Source: Bryobacterales bacterium
GTDB lineage: Bacteria > Acidobacteriota > Terriglobia > Bryobacterales > UBA6623
Direction of reading: 5' to 3'
Assembly: GCA_963422375.2 (NCBI GenBank)
Contig: OY729428.2
Span: 3,424,001-3,488,000, forward strand
Length of the DNA: 64,000 nucleotides
Shown one piece after another: positions 1 through 10,679 of the stretch. The number at the start of each line of letters is the position of its first letter. The first letter of the stretch is position 1. The notes under the pieces are model-generated. The model was not told the origin of the DNA. It saw only the letters and a list, made by a program, of their open reading frames with translations, and made no database searches. A program made the position numbers and the translations under genes.

Positions 1-217
1 GGAGCGGGACTTCCGCGAAGGCGTCGTGCGAGCTCTCGTGGTCCAAGATCCGTTCCAGATCGGGCGGCGCGCCGTGCAGACCGTCTTGGCAGCGCTGCGC
101 GGCGAGACGCCAGCCAAGCGCATCGACACCGAAACGCACGTCGTCACCTTGGACAATATCGACGAACCCGAGATCGTCGCCGTGCTGCGGATCGACCTAG
201 GCGGCTTCCTGCCCTAG
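1..217 (+). CDS. Sugar ABC transporter substrate-binding protein (RbsB-like), C-terminal part; truncated by window edge
   Basis: ALVVQDPFQIGRRAV...IDTETHVVTLDN resembles the C-terminus of periplasmic sugar-binding proteins. Confidence 0.75.
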   Translation, partial: ERDFREGVVRALVVQDPFQIGRRAVQTVLAALRGETPAKRIDTETHVVTLDNIDEPEIVAVLRIDLGGFLP

Positions 218-1251
218 CCCGCGGAATGCAGCTTGGCTGTCCCGGGTCGTCCCGGACGGGCGTCGCCGCTCCGAACAGGGTTCCTGGCCCGTCACCGCGG
301 ACGCGCCCCCACCCATGGCACCTGCGAGGGCGCCTCGCGGATTCGGTCGTGCCATGGCGGAGAATGTCACGCTCGGGTTATGCGAGGCAATCGGCATGGC
401 GGAGTGCCAAGAGCTGTGGCGAAGGTGGTCTCGCAAGAGCCAGGCATGACCTCCTTCGGCCCCTAGACGCAAGACCCGCTGGCGGGCTGGTCGGTCGGAC
501 CACCTCTGCAAGGCCGAATGGAACTGACCGTGTCCAAGTAGCTTCGGTCCTCAAATCTCCAGCCCGTACCCAAGGGTCTTTGACCCACACCCTCTTGTCT
601 CGTGGGGACCTTGGTCGGCGAGAAGACTCCTGACGCCATCTGAAGCGCGCCCGGCAAGCCAGCCAAGACTTCGCGGTGGGCCGGCCGAGCGCCGCCACGA
701 GCAGAGTGCGCGGGGACCGAGGCCTAGCCGTTGGGCACCCGCTCCGAGGCGCTTCTCGGGATTCCAGGAGCCCGACGCGCCTAGCTGTTGCCATGCGCGC
801 CCTGGCAGCAGCGGTATCGGATCGCCGCGCCGAGATGTTTTGGGGGAATGCCGTTCAAGCGGCATGCCGACGCAAACTGATGGTACGATCGCACGGCGAC
901 GGTGCCCACAACCGGGTCCGAGAGCGGATCGGCCTCGCGGCCGGCTCCCAAGTGGTGCGCAGCATTTCGACAAGGCGGCTGCTGTCGGCCAGCCTGCTCG
1001 CACCGGCCTTGCCGCTGTTACCGGCACTAGAATACCGCGGCGATTCGGCAATACACCCGCCTCTGCGTGGTACCGGGTTAGTCCCTTGGAATCGGAGCGC
1101 ATGGTGTGACACTGTCGATCATTCGCCCGCCACTCCGGGCGTCGCCGTGCCCCAGTCTAAGGCTTGGTTGCACCGTTTGCGTCGTGCGCCGGCGACACGG
1201 CAACGCTACCTGACCTCAATTGTCCTATGATGCTCGAAAGAGGCCCTCTCC

Positions 1252-3011
1252 ATGATGCGAGCGCATGCCGCGATGACCGACCATCGGGTGACACCAGCCG
1301 ACCGCGTGAGAGGGTGCCGTCCACTAGCTCTCAAGGCCGAGGCTGCGTACCGGAGCACAAACTCAGCTTTGCCTCGCAGTTCGTGCCATACGAATGGACG
1401 GAATCGATGTGAGGATCTCGAGCCGCCCCTCCTAGCCGCTAGCTTGCTGTTCGCTACCACGGCAGTCACTGAACTGGCGGACTATGGAGCGGTCGAATCG
1501 GTACGCAATCTCGGAGCCGAGATTCTGGTGCGGCACGTCATCATCGTGTCTCCCCCGCCGAAGGACGCACCAGCTCGATGCACTGCCCTACCCATTCAAG
1601 AAGTCGCTTGCAGAAGGGCCGACGCGCTCGTCGAGCTAACTTCCGCTGACCCTAGGCAAGCGATCACACTAGCCTGAATTCCCACCGGCTGACATTGATA
1701 TGACATCTTGCGCGGATTGGGCTATCCAAAGGCCAAGAGCGGAGGAGCTTGTTGCCGAGCCATGAGACGGCCTCCTATGTGTCGGCGAAGCCGGCCTTGA
1801 CGAGGTACGCGTTGTTGGCCCAGCACCCGAACCAGACGAGGATGGGGCGCTCGCTCAGTTCGACGGTGGCCGTGGCCCTCACGAACTTGCGGAACAGCGC
1901 GCGCGAGCTCGCTCGTGGCCACCCTCGACCTACCTCGCGAGCAGGCGATCCAGGCCGCTAGGGATGTCATTGGAGCCTGAGCAGTTAGCCCGTGACTTGA
2001 CACAGTGTCACGCTTGGGCAAGCGGACTGGGGGGCACAGGGCCGGAAGGGGTAGCGGGACGGCACCCGGGAATGCCGGGAGCGGACGGAAGGCGCTTCCA
2101 GCCCTCGGCTACAGTTGGAAGGTCAGGAGGGAAGGCCACATCATGTAGGTCTTCCAGCACCGGGCCGTAGAGAAGGCTCTTGAGTTGTCCGGCTAGTGCG
2201 CACTCCAATCCGAACCGGGCGCGGCTGCATGTCGGAAGCCAGCCGATCTACCATGGGGCAATGTGTCAATCACGGACTACGAACCGAGATCGGATGACAT
2301 AGCACTGGGCGACCTAGCCTGCCAGCGGCCGCCCAGGCCGGCAGTCATGATGCCGAGGCCTTCACGCTCGGGGCAATTGACGTGTTTCGCGTCAGGTGCC
2401 CGCCCCACGCGGCGGCCCGAACGTCATATCGCCAAGGTCCGTTGGGAATTCAGGCTAGCATATCCGCCGAAAGTACTCCGCGAACTGCGGGCAAGGTCAC
2501 CCAACATAGTAGATGACCTTGAGATGCACGGGTCTTGGCAAGGTAGGGTCGCTCTCATAGTGGCGGAAGACTTCGCTAATGAACGCTCCTTTGTGTATCA
2601 CTTCATTCAAACAGATGCGGGGATTTTCCGAGCATATGAGATCCCAAGTAGAGCGTGGAACTCCAATGGGGCACAGTTCAGATCACCGGGATCTCTGTGC
2701 ATACCGAGCTAGAATTACTGGAGGAAATCAACGTGAATTCTGCAGAATTGAGGCTTTATTTAGCTGCGACCACATGCGAATCAGTTGGGGGACAACGGAC
2801 CGCTGTATACTTGGTCCTTCTTTCAGGAGAAGACAGGGCGATATTTGACCATAGCAAAATAAACGAGTCAACAGTCGAGCCTTGGATATCTCTAGATCGG
2901 TATATTCGCACTGTGTCCTCAGGGAAGGCATGGCTCTCAGATGAGGCCTATACGTCAACGATCTCTGTCGATGCCAAGATCATAGATATTGGTCCTGAAC
3001 TTGTTGAATAA
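1252..3011 (+). pseudogene. Low-GC gene for a probably exported hypothetical protein, split by the element at 1669-2458 and frameshifted near 2655
   Basis: ORF 1252-1677 (...PRQAITL) and ORF 2263-2712 (LAYPPKVLREL...) join in frame when one CTAG plus the insert is removed; hydrophobic LLAASLLFATTAV segment; overlapping ORF 2655-3011 may continue it. Confidence 0.5.
1669..2458 (-). mobile_element. Internally deleted IS remnant with CTAG-bounded terminal inverted repeats
   Basis: CTAGCCTGAATTCCCA(c)CGG-8nt-GATATGAC at 1669 versus its inverted counterpart ending at 2458; minus-strand transposase-like C-terminus HERARARALFRKFVRATATVELSERPILVWFGCWANNAYLVKAGFADT*EAVSWLGNKLL at ~1735-1922. Confidence 0.75.
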
Positions 3012-3479
3012 ATTTCCCAAAAGGCCGGAATTGTAGACTCATTTACTCGTTCGATAGTGCCGAGCCCAGCATCTACACATTGGATTGATCAGGAGTGGGC
3101 CAAGTGCTGGATGAGCGCGCCGACGGCGCATCCGCTTGGTTCCTTCGCATGGAGCCAACGGAGTTGGAATGGGCTCACTCTACGCCCCCGTTCGCAGCGA
3201 GCGTCTTGAAGCCTCGCGCACAGCGCACCCTTATTCGGCGGGCTCGCCTTGGGCCTAAGATCAGTCGCCGAAACACCCGCTTGCACCATGGACGAACTCC
3301 AACGGAAGCATGGTAGCGGAGCTGACAGCCATGATGCTGCCGAGTCGCCGGCGTAGGACGCTACGCGCTCGATCTGGGCTGAGCATCCAGTAGCGCCGGG
3401 AGACTCAGACTTCCGCACATTGTAGGCACGATGGGGGTGACGGCTTCGCCGGGTCTTACCGACGATGGACTTGGCGGAC

Positions 3480-4290
3480 GGACTCCCGCGGCGAATGCAC
3501 TAGGCAGCCCCATCCAAGTCGCCAGATTCCGTGAGCGGCTCGCGGACGGACCGAGCGGCGAGGTAGTGCCGCAACACGATTACGCCCTGCCCCAGCTTCA
3601 TGTGGCCCGGCAGGGGCTGTTGCCTCGACGGGATGAATCCGGCTAGCCGCAGCACCAGCATCACGGCCTAGCGGGCGTCGACCGGGCGCTCCGAACCGCA
3701 TCCGCAGTGCGGCAGGATGCCCCCGCAGCGCAGGACCGCCTCTAGGCAGTCAAGCTCGCACGGGCCGAGCACGCGGCCGGCGAGGGCGGATCGGTCCCCG
3801 CCGCCTCGCGCAGCTCGAATAGGTGGCACGCCGTCACCGTGTAGACGGCCACCGCCCTGCCGGCGCTGGGGGCATCGAGCAGGCGTCGGCCCTCGGTGCG
3901 TACGCCCGTCTTGAGCAGGCGGAGCAACTCCTCGACGCACCAGCGCTTCTCGTACCAGCTCATCGCACGCATGGCGTCGGTACGTGGCCCGGCCCTGGCT
4001 GCAGGCCATCACCCACGCGTACATTTCGAACCCTGCGGGGGCGTCGCTGTCCCGCACCTGAACCGCCGCGGCGGGCTGATCCACCGGGCCCGGTCGGTCG
4101 CCGCTTGCGCACATGCGGGCCGCCGCGGGCCATGATCTCGAACTTGTGGCCGCGCACCAGCGGATCGCAGGCCTCGGCCCGCTCCCCCAGGCTCGCCTCC
4201 GGGACGACTGGGCCGGCGACGACGAGGCGCTCACGCCCTCGTCTGGCCCGCACTTACGGGCACAGCGGGTCTCAGTTGTCCGCCTCGCGG
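3480..4290 (-). pseudogene. IS4-family (IS50-like) transposase, heavily degraded
   Basis: Fragments in shifting frames: VRARRGRER...ARGGPHVRKRR, WYEKRWCVEELLRLLKTG (YREK motif), AGFIPSRQQPLPG; boundaries approximate. Confidence 0.75.
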
Positions 4291-4469
4291 TCGCACGCAC
4301 TCTCCACATGTATACCGGGGCAGGCCCGGCCCAGCTCACATGCCACCTAAAACCCGGACAGCCAGCGTGCGCTTTCCGCTCGCTCGAAGGCCGCGAGACG
4401 CTCCCGTTGACGCGGAAGGCCGTCCTCGACGGAAAGAGGTGGACAGGACGGGTTACCGCGGCACCGCCG

Positions 4470-5672
4470 TCAGCATCCGAAGGCCAGGCGCACCCGCTCG
4501 AGCGCCCACTCGAGTTCCTCGCGCCGCACGACTAGCGGAGGCGCGATCCGAATGACTGAGTCGTGCGTCTCCTTGCACAGGACGCCCAGCCTCTGGAGGC
4601 GCTCGCAGTACGGCCTGGCGGCCCCGTGCAGCTCGATGCCGGCGAGCAGGCCGCGCCCGCGGATCTCCGCGATCGCCGGATGCCTCAGGCGGCGAAGCTC
4701 GCCTAGGAACCAAGAGCCGAGCTCCTCCGAGCGCTCCACGAGACCCTCGTCCCGAATCACGCGCAGGGCCTCGCGCGCGACCGCGCAGCCGAGAGGGTTG
4801 CCGCCGAACGTGGAGCCGTGGCTGCCGGGGTCGAAGACGCCCAGCACGTCGCCTCGCGACACGACGGCCGAGACCGGGTAGAAGCCCCCCGACAGCGCCT
4901 TGCCCAGCACGTAGACATCGGGCTGCACGCCCTCGTGCATACAGCCGAACATCGCGCCGGTGCGGCCCAGTCCGGTCTGGATTTCGTCGGCCATGAACAG
5001 CACGTTGCGCGACCGGCAGATATCGAGCGCGTCCGCCAAGTATCCCGGAGGCGGGATGAGAATGCCCGCCTCGCACTGGATCGGCTCCACGAGGAAGGCG
5101 CACGTGCAAGTGCCGACGGCCTGCTTCAACGCGGCTGCGTCGCCGAAGGGCACCGTCCGGAAACCGGGCGTGAAAGGCCCGAATCCGTCCCGCGAGGCCG
5201 GGTCGGACGAAAACCCGACGATCGTGGTCGTGCGGCCATGGAAATTGTTCTCACAGACCACGATCTCCGCGCGCCCCGCGGGGATGCCCTTGCGCGTGTA
5301 GCCCCACCGGCGCGCGGCCTTGATCGCCGTCTCGACGGCTTCCGCGCCCGAGTTCATCGGCAGGACCATTTCCATGCCGCACAGTTCCGCGAGCTCGCGG
5401 CAAAACAGCGGAAGCTGGTCGTTGCGGAAGGCCCTGGAAGTTAGCGTCACCCGTTCGGCCTGCGCCTTGAGCGCCCCTAGGATGCGCGGGTGGCAGTGCC
5501 CTTGGTTGACGGCGGAATACGCACTGAGGCAGTCGAGATAGCGCTCGCCGTCGACATCGTAGACCCACGGCCCTTCGGCCCGGGCCACCACGACCGGCAG
5601 CGGATGGTAGTTGCGGGCGCCCCAGCGATCCTCCAGATCCAGCAGTTCAGCGGTCAGGCTGGCTTGGGCCAT
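4470..5672 (-). CDS. rocD: Ornithine aminotransferase (class III PLP)
   Basis: [64 protein letters not shown]. Confidence 0.93.
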   Translation of the reverse strand: MAQASLTAELLDLEDRWGARNYHPLPVVVARAEGPWVYDVDGERYLDCLSAYSAVNQGHCHPRILGALKAQAERVTLTSRAFRNDQLPLFCRELAELCGMEMVLPMNSGAEAVETAIKAARRWGYTRKGIPAGRAEIVVCENNFHGRTTTIVGFSSDPASRDGFGPFTPGFRTVPFGDAAALKQAVGTCTCAFLVEPIQCEAGILIPPPGYLADALDICRSRNVLFMADEIQTGLGRTGAMFGCMHEGVQPDVYVLGKALSGGFYPVSAVVSRGDVLGVFDPGSHGSTFGGNPLGCAVAREALRVIRDEGLVERSEELGSWFLGELRRLRHPAIAEIRGRGLLAGIELHGAARPYCERLQRLGVLCKETHDSVIRIAPPLVVRREELEWALERVRLAFGC

Positions 5673-5814
5673 GGGGGTCAACGACGGAATCCTCGCAAGT
5701 TCCAGCGTACCACCGCGATGCGACGACGGAATCGCCCGAGATCCCCCTCCGGGCGATCCTCCGGGTGCTCCCGGCACCCCCTCGCGGCGGGTGCCGGAGT
5801 CCCTCGCCGCCCGG

Positions 5815-6195
5815 CTATTCCGCTTCGGGCACGTAGATCACCTCGCCGCTTTCGAGGCGGTACGCCACCCCTAGACGGCGCCCGCGGCCGGTGCCCCGCT
5901 CGTCGCTCGCACGCAGGCGCTCGATGCGCTCCCCTTTCTTCACGATCATCTCCATGTCCGGCCCGCCGGGATTCGTGACGATTGTGATGTCCTGGGTGCT
6001 CATCCGCGCCGCGACTTCCGCAAGGCTCGCGCTCCCCGCCAGAGCGAGCAGCAGCGCCACCACCAGCACCATGCTGGCATCGAACAGGTTGACGACCCCG
6101 CCTAGCGGGTCGCTATCGTCGGGCGAGTCCATCGCCTCCCCTGCGCGCCGCATCCAGTCCCTACGAGGCTCAGGCCGCCGTTTCGTTCCCGGCAT
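5815..6195 (-). CDS. DUF2149 family small membrane protein
   Basis: [49 protein letters not shown]. Confidence 0.85.
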   Translation of the reverse strand: MPGTKRRPEPRRDWMRRAGEAMDSPDDSDPLGGVVNLFDASMVLVVALLLALAGSASLAEVAARMSTQDITIVTNPGGPDMEMIVKKGERIERLRASDERGTGRGRRLGVAYRLESGEVIYVPEAE

Positions 6196-6781
6196 CGGTA
6201 CCGCTCTCCCTTCGCTCCAGGTCGCCCCACGAGTCCATGAGATAGTGCATCTCGGTCAGGTCCTGGCGGCCCCACTGCCGCACCAGCACACCCAGCGCGT
6301 ACGAAGCGCCGCCCACGATCAAGCCCACCACCGTCGTCGTGAACCCGATCAGAAGATTGGACGCCATAGACTGCATATCCCCCGCCGCCAGGCCGGCCAA
6401 GGCCGGCTGCAGCGGAATCAGCGTCCCCACCAGGCCCAGCATCGGGCCCGTGCGCGCGAGCACCGACAGCCTCTCGGCCCTTCGGCGCAGCTCGTTCTCG
6501 ATATCGGCGACAGTCTTGTCCAGGCGCTGCGGGCGGTCCGCCGCCGCTCGGGCGAAGCTGTCCAGCGCGAGTCGCCACTCCAGCGCGAGAAACCTCTCCC
6601 GCGTAAGCTCGCCCGCGTGAAACCGGCGCAGGGCATCGAGGTTGGCGCGACGGTCAAATGCCTCCGCCATGACACCGCCCGCCAAGTACGTAGCGTAGGC
6701 GAACAGGGCGACTGTCGCGAGCAGCGCCGGGAGCAGGAACGCGCTCGATATCCAATAGAGCAGGCTCTGGATGTGCTCCAC
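6170..6781 (-). CDS. MotA/TolQ/ExbB proton-channel family protein
   Basis: RTGPMLGLVGTLIPL...LLIGFTTTVVGL; GGAG RBS before GTG at 6781. Confidence 0.85.
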   Translation of the reverse strand: MEHIQSLLYWISSAFLLPALLATVALFAYATYLAGGVMAEAFDRRANLDALRRFHAGELTRERFLALEWRLALDSFARAAADRPQRLDKTVADIENELRRRAERLSVLARTGPMLGLVGTLIPLQPALAGLAAGDMQSMASNLLIGFTTTVVGLIVGGASYALGVLVRQWGRQDLTEMHYLMDSWGDLERRESGTDAGNETAA

Positions 6782-6820
6782 GGGTACTCCGGCGACAGGC
6801 GGCGCAGGCACCGCGAAGCG

Positions 6821-7270
6821 TCATCCGCGCCGTTCCGCCTCCAGAACTTTCTGCAGGCGCCGGGCGAAGCGCGCCTCCGGACTGTACCGGGCGGCCAGGA
6901 AGACGGTCGCCAGCTCGGTCGCCAGCTCGGCATCAACGATCCGGCCCCCGAGGCACAGCACGTTGAGGTCGTCATGTTCCACGCCCTGCCCGGCCGAGTA
7001 GGCGTCGTGGCAGACGCAGGCCCGCACGCCCTTCAGCTTGTTGGCGGCGACGCACGATCCTACGCCGCTACCGCAGACGACGATGCCCCGTTGCGCCTCC
7101 CCGAGGCGGACCCTCTCGCCCACCGCGATGGCGAAGTCCGGGTAGTCGTCGTCTTGGTCGAAGCGGTGAGCGCCGACATCGAACAGTTCGTGGCCCGCTC
7201 CGGCGAGCCTCCGGGAGAGCGCTTCCTTGAGGGCGTAGCCGGCGTGATCGGCCCCGATCGCGACGCGCAT
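6821..7270 (-). CDS. rpiB: Ribose-5-phosphate isomerase B (RpiB/LacA/LacB family)
   Basis: MRVAIGADHAG, DYPDFA, CGSGVG, ANKLKGVRA, EHDDLNVLCLGGR. Confidence 0.9.
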   Translation of the reverse strand: MRVAIGADHAGYALKEALSRRLAGAGHELFDVGAHRFDQDDDYPDFAIAVGERVRLGEAQRGIVVCGSGVGSCVAANKLKGVRACVCHDAYSAGQGVEHDDLNVLCLGGRIVDAELATELATVFLAARYSPEARFARRLQKVLEAERRG

Positions 7271-7517
7271 CAAACCCGATTCTAGCGCAGCCGCCGGAAT
7301 CGGAATCCGTCGGGCGTCCGGGCGGGCAGGCCGACCGAGCCGAGCCCCTCCGCGGCGGCGACGCGTGCCGGCGGACGCCGCCACCGCCGGAGGCGGCCCG
7401 GCCCGGAGGGAATCAGTAAGATGGGATTGTCGGTTGCGCGGGCACCCGCGCGACGCGACCGAGCCGGCCTCGCGGCGGAAGGTCGCGCGCAGGCCTCGGG
7501 CGCTCGCGCCCCCTTGG

Positions 7518-8900
7518 ATGAAGATCGGTTTCATCAGCCTCGGCTGTCCCAAGAACCTCGTCGACAGCGAGGTCATGATGGGCCTGCTCGAGGCCCGCGG
7601 CCACGAGATCACGCGCCTCCCCGAGGAGGCCGACGCGCTCGTGGTCAACACCTGCAGCTTTATCGAGCCCGCCCAGCAGGAGTCCGTCGACGCGATCCTA
7701 GAGGCTGCCCGGCACAAGGCGACGGGGCGGGCCCAGCGACTCGTCGTGGCCGGCTGCCTGGTCGAACGCTACCGCCGGCAACTGCAGGAGCAGATTCCCG
7801 AGGTCGACGCCGTTCTCGGCACCAACGAAATCGAGTCGATCGTCAGCCACTGCGAGGGCTGGGACGCCGCCACGCCCGCGGGCGCGGACGGGGGCTACCT
7901 GTATCACGACCTCACGCCGCGACGCCTGTCCACGCCGAATCACTTCGCCTACCTCAAGATCAACGAGGGCTGCGACCACCCCTGCTCCTTCTGCATCATT
8001 CCACAGCTGCGCGGCAGCTTTCGCAGCCGCCGCTTCGAGTCCGTCGTCAGCGAGGCCGTCCGGCTATTCCGCGAGGGCGCCCGCGAGATCAACCTGATCG
8101 GGCAGGACACCACCGCGTTCGGCGAGGACCTAGGCCTAAGGAACGGCCTGCCAGCCCTGCTGGAACGACTCGCCCGGATCGACGGCGCCGGCTGGATTCG
8201 CGTGCTGTACGCCTATCCGAACCGCGTCTCGGACAGGCTGCTCGAGACCATCGCGGCGCATCCCGCTCTCTGCCCCTATCTCGACATTCCCTTGCAGCAT
8301 GCGAGCCCGAGCGTGCTGCGGCGCATGCGCCGCGGCGCGAGCGGCGACACCTTCCTGAAGATGATCGAGCGCATCCGCCGCACGATTCCCGGCGTCGCGA
8401 TCCGCACCAGCTTCATCGTCGGCTTCCCGGGCGAGACGGAGGAGGACTTCGCCACGCTGTGCGCCTTCATCGAGGCCGCCCAGTTCGACCGCGTGGGCTG
8501 CTTCCGCTACTCGGACGACGAGACCGGCGCCAGCTTCCAGCTCGACGGAAAGGTCAGCAAGCGCACGTCGTACAACCGACAGCGCCGCCTCATGGCGCTG
8601 CAGCGTCGCATCTCGCGCAGGCGCGGGCAGGCGCTCGTAGGTCGTAGACTGCCGCTGCTCGTGTGCGGCCCCTCGGCCGAGACGGAGCTTCTGTGGGAGG
8701 GCCGACTCCAGACGCAGGCCGAGGAGATCGACGGCAAGACCTACCTGACCCGCTTCCCGGACGGCGCCGAACCGCGTCCGGGCGACCTAGCGACCGTGCA
8801 TATTACCAAGGCCTCCGACTACGACCTTTTCGGCGAGGTCGAGCGGATCACGCGACCGGCCCGATCGGCCGCTGGATCCCCCCTGACGGTTCTCCAGTAA
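7518..8900 (+). CDS. rimO: Ribosomal protein S12 methylthiotransferase
   Basis: SLGCPKNLVDSE, NTCSFI, EGCDHPCSFC radical-SAM motif, C-terminal TRAM with EIDG. Confidence 0.93.
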   Translation: MKIGFISLGCPKNLVDSEVMMGLLEARGHEITRLPEEADALVVNTCSFIEPAQQESVDAILEAARHKATGRAQRLVVAGCLVERYRRQLQEQIPEVDAVLGTNEIESIVSHCEGWDAATPAGADGGYLYHDLTPRRLSTPNHFAYLKINEGCDHPCSFCIIPQLRGSFRSRRFESVVSEAVRLFREGAREINLIGQDTTAFGEDLGLRNGLPALLERLARIDGAGWIRVLYAYPNRVSDRLLETIAAHPALCPYLDIPLQHASPSVLRRMRRGASGDTFLKMIERIRRTIPGVAIRTSFIVGFPGETEEDFATLCAFIEAAQFDRVGCFRYSDDETGASFQLDGKVSKRTSYNRQRRLMALQRRISRRRGQALVGRRLPLLVCGPSAETELLWEGRLQTQAEEIDGKTYLTRFPDGAEPRPGDLATVHITKASDYDLFGEVERITRPARSAAGSPLTVLQ

Positions 8901-8931
8901 GGGGCCGGACGCCGAGGACGGAATCGGAAAC

Positions 8932-9129
8932 GTGGCCAGACGCTGCCCCATCTGCCGCAAGGCGACGGATCCACGCCATAGCTGGTATCCGTTCTGCAGT
9001 CCCCGCTGCCGCACCCAGGATCTCGCCAACTGGGCGACCGGCACCTACTCGATCGCCGCGCCCGCGAGCGAGGCCGACGAGCACCTCGACCCGCAAGGCC
9101 TCTCGGGGGAGAGCGGATCGGATGGCTAG
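8932..9129 (+). CDS. yacG: DNA gyrase inhibitor YacG
   Basis: CPICRK...PFCSPRCRTQDLANWA. Confidence 0.85.
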   Translation: MARRCPICRKATDPRHSWYPFCSPRCRTQDLANWATGTYSIAAPASEADEHLDPQGLSGESGSDG

Positions 9130-9589
9130 GACACGGCTCGCGGTCGCGCTCGCCACTTGGTTCTACTGCGGATACTCGCCCGTTGCGCCCGGCACGGCGG
9201 GCTCGCTCTGCGCCTGGGCCGTTGCCCTGCTCGCCTGGCACCGCTGCGACATCCCGCCGTGGGCGTTCTCGCTGGCGGCCGTCGCGCTCCTGCCGGCCGC
9301 CGTGAAATCGGCCGAGCTCGCGGCGAAGGCCTTCGGCTCCGCGGATCCGTCAAGGGTCGTGATCGACGAGGTGGTCGGCCTGTGGATCGCGATCGCCCCG
9401 GTAGCCCCCGATTCCTGGCCGCAGTGGGCCGCGGCCCTAGCCCTGTTCCGCCTCTTCGACATAGCCAAGCCCCTCGGCCTCCGGCGGCTCGAGGAGTTTC
9501 CCGGAGGGCGCGGCATCGTCGCCGACGACCTGGGCGCGGGCGCGTGCGCTATGATTGGGGTGCTGCTGGTTCGCTGGAGCGGCTACTGA
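9122..9589 (+). CDS. pgpA: Phosphatidylglycerophosphatase A
   Basis: GYSPVAPGTAGS, DPSRVVIDEVVG, LFRLFDIAKP, GIVADD. Confidence 0.9.
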   Translation: MARTRLAVALATWFYCGYSPVAPGTAGSLCAWAVALLAWHRCDIPPWAFSLAAVALLPAAVKSAELAAKAFGSADPSRVVIDEVVGLWIAIAPVAPDSWPQWAAALALFRLFDIAKPLGLRRLEEFPGGRGIVADDLGAGACAMIGVLLVRWSGY

Positions 9590-9615
9590 GCCGGGCCCGC
9601 TTCGGACCGCCTCGC

Positions 9616-10626
9616 ATGGGCGCCTACCGCAAGTCCAAGATCCGCATCAGCGGCGTCTCCCCCCCAGCTGCAATACCCGGCGGCCGTTTGGTCATTCGCG
9701 GCAGCGGCCTAGGCGCGGACGAGGCGAGCCAGCCGAAGGTCACCTTCGGCACGGCGACCGGGCGCTTGATCCTGAGTGCGCCGGATCGCTTGGTCGTCAC
9801 CGTGCCGGACTCGGCCGGGCACGGCGTCCTGCGGGTGCAGCACGGGGACGCTGCCAGCGAGCACTGCCCTTTCGCCCTCGGGCGCTCGCTAGGGAACGAG
9901 CTGAATCCGGTCGCGAACCCGGCAATCGACTCCGACGGGAACATCTTCACCACCAACAGCGGCCCGCGCGGCAAGAAGACCCCGGTCTCGGTGTACAAGA
10001 TCGCCACCGATGGCGCCGCGGCCAGCGCCTTCCTGTCGGGCATTTACAATCCCACCGGCCTGCTGTTCCAGCGCAACGGCCAGCTGCTCGTTTCGAGCCG
10101 GCACATGGGCACGGTCTACGACGTCTCGCCCAAGGGCGAGGCGGAGGTGTTCGCCGAGGGCATGGGCGTCGCGACCGGCCTCGCGCGCGACTCCGCTGAC
10201 AACGTCTACGTGGGCGACCGCACCGGTACCGTGTTCAAGATCGGCCCGGACCGCAAGATCTACGTCTTCGCCACGCTGGAGCCTTCCGTCGCGGCCTACC
10301 ACCTGGCGGCGGCTGCCGACGGCACCCTCTACGTCACGGCCCCGACCACGTCGAGCTACGACGCCATCTACAAGATCGACCCGGAGGGCGAGGTGGCGGT
10401 CTGGCGCCGGGGCTTCGGGCGCCCCCAGGGCATCGCCTACGACAGCCTCCAGCGCCTCTACGTGTGCGCTTCCTATCGCGGCCAGCGGGGGATCTTCCGC
10501 CTGACGGACGAGGACGTGGAGCAGGTGGTGTCGGGCCAGGGCATCGTAGGGCTGGCGTTCGCTCCCGACGGCAGCATGGCCGTCGCGACCCAGGACAGGA
10601 TCTACCTCATCGCGGACTTCGACTGA
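9616..10626 (+). CDS. IPT/TIG domain plus NHL/SMP-30-like beta-propeller protein
   Basis: N-terminal ISGVSPPAAIPGGRLVIRGSG (IPT/TIG-like), then repeated P.GL.../TGLARD/PQGIAYD blades. Confidence 0.75.
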   Translation: MGAYRKSKIRISGVSPPAAIPGGRLVIRGSGLGADEASQPKVTFGTATGRLILSAPDRLVVTVPDSAGHGVLRVQHGDAASEHCPFALGRSLGNELNPVANPAIDSDGNIFTTNSGPRGKKTPVSVYKIATDGAAASAFLSGIYNPTGLLFQRNGQLLVSSRHMGTVYDVSPKGEAEVFAEGMGVATGLARDSADNVYVGDRTGTVFKIGPDRKIYVFATLEPSVAAYHLAAAADGTLYVTAPTTSSYDAIYKIDPEGEVAVWRRGFGRPQGIAYDSLQRLYVCASYRGQRGIFRLTDEDVEQVVSGQGIVGLAFAPDGSMAVATQDRIYLIADFD

Positions 10627-10679
10627 CCCGCGCAGTCGGACAGGCCCCGGAAGAACCGACTGCCGCCACCCTCGCCAGC

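Noticed and set aside
218..1250. Many overlapping ORFs and CTAG-adjacent short inverted motifs
   Set aside because: No recognisable protein motif or convincing TIR/TSD pair; probably decayed sequence
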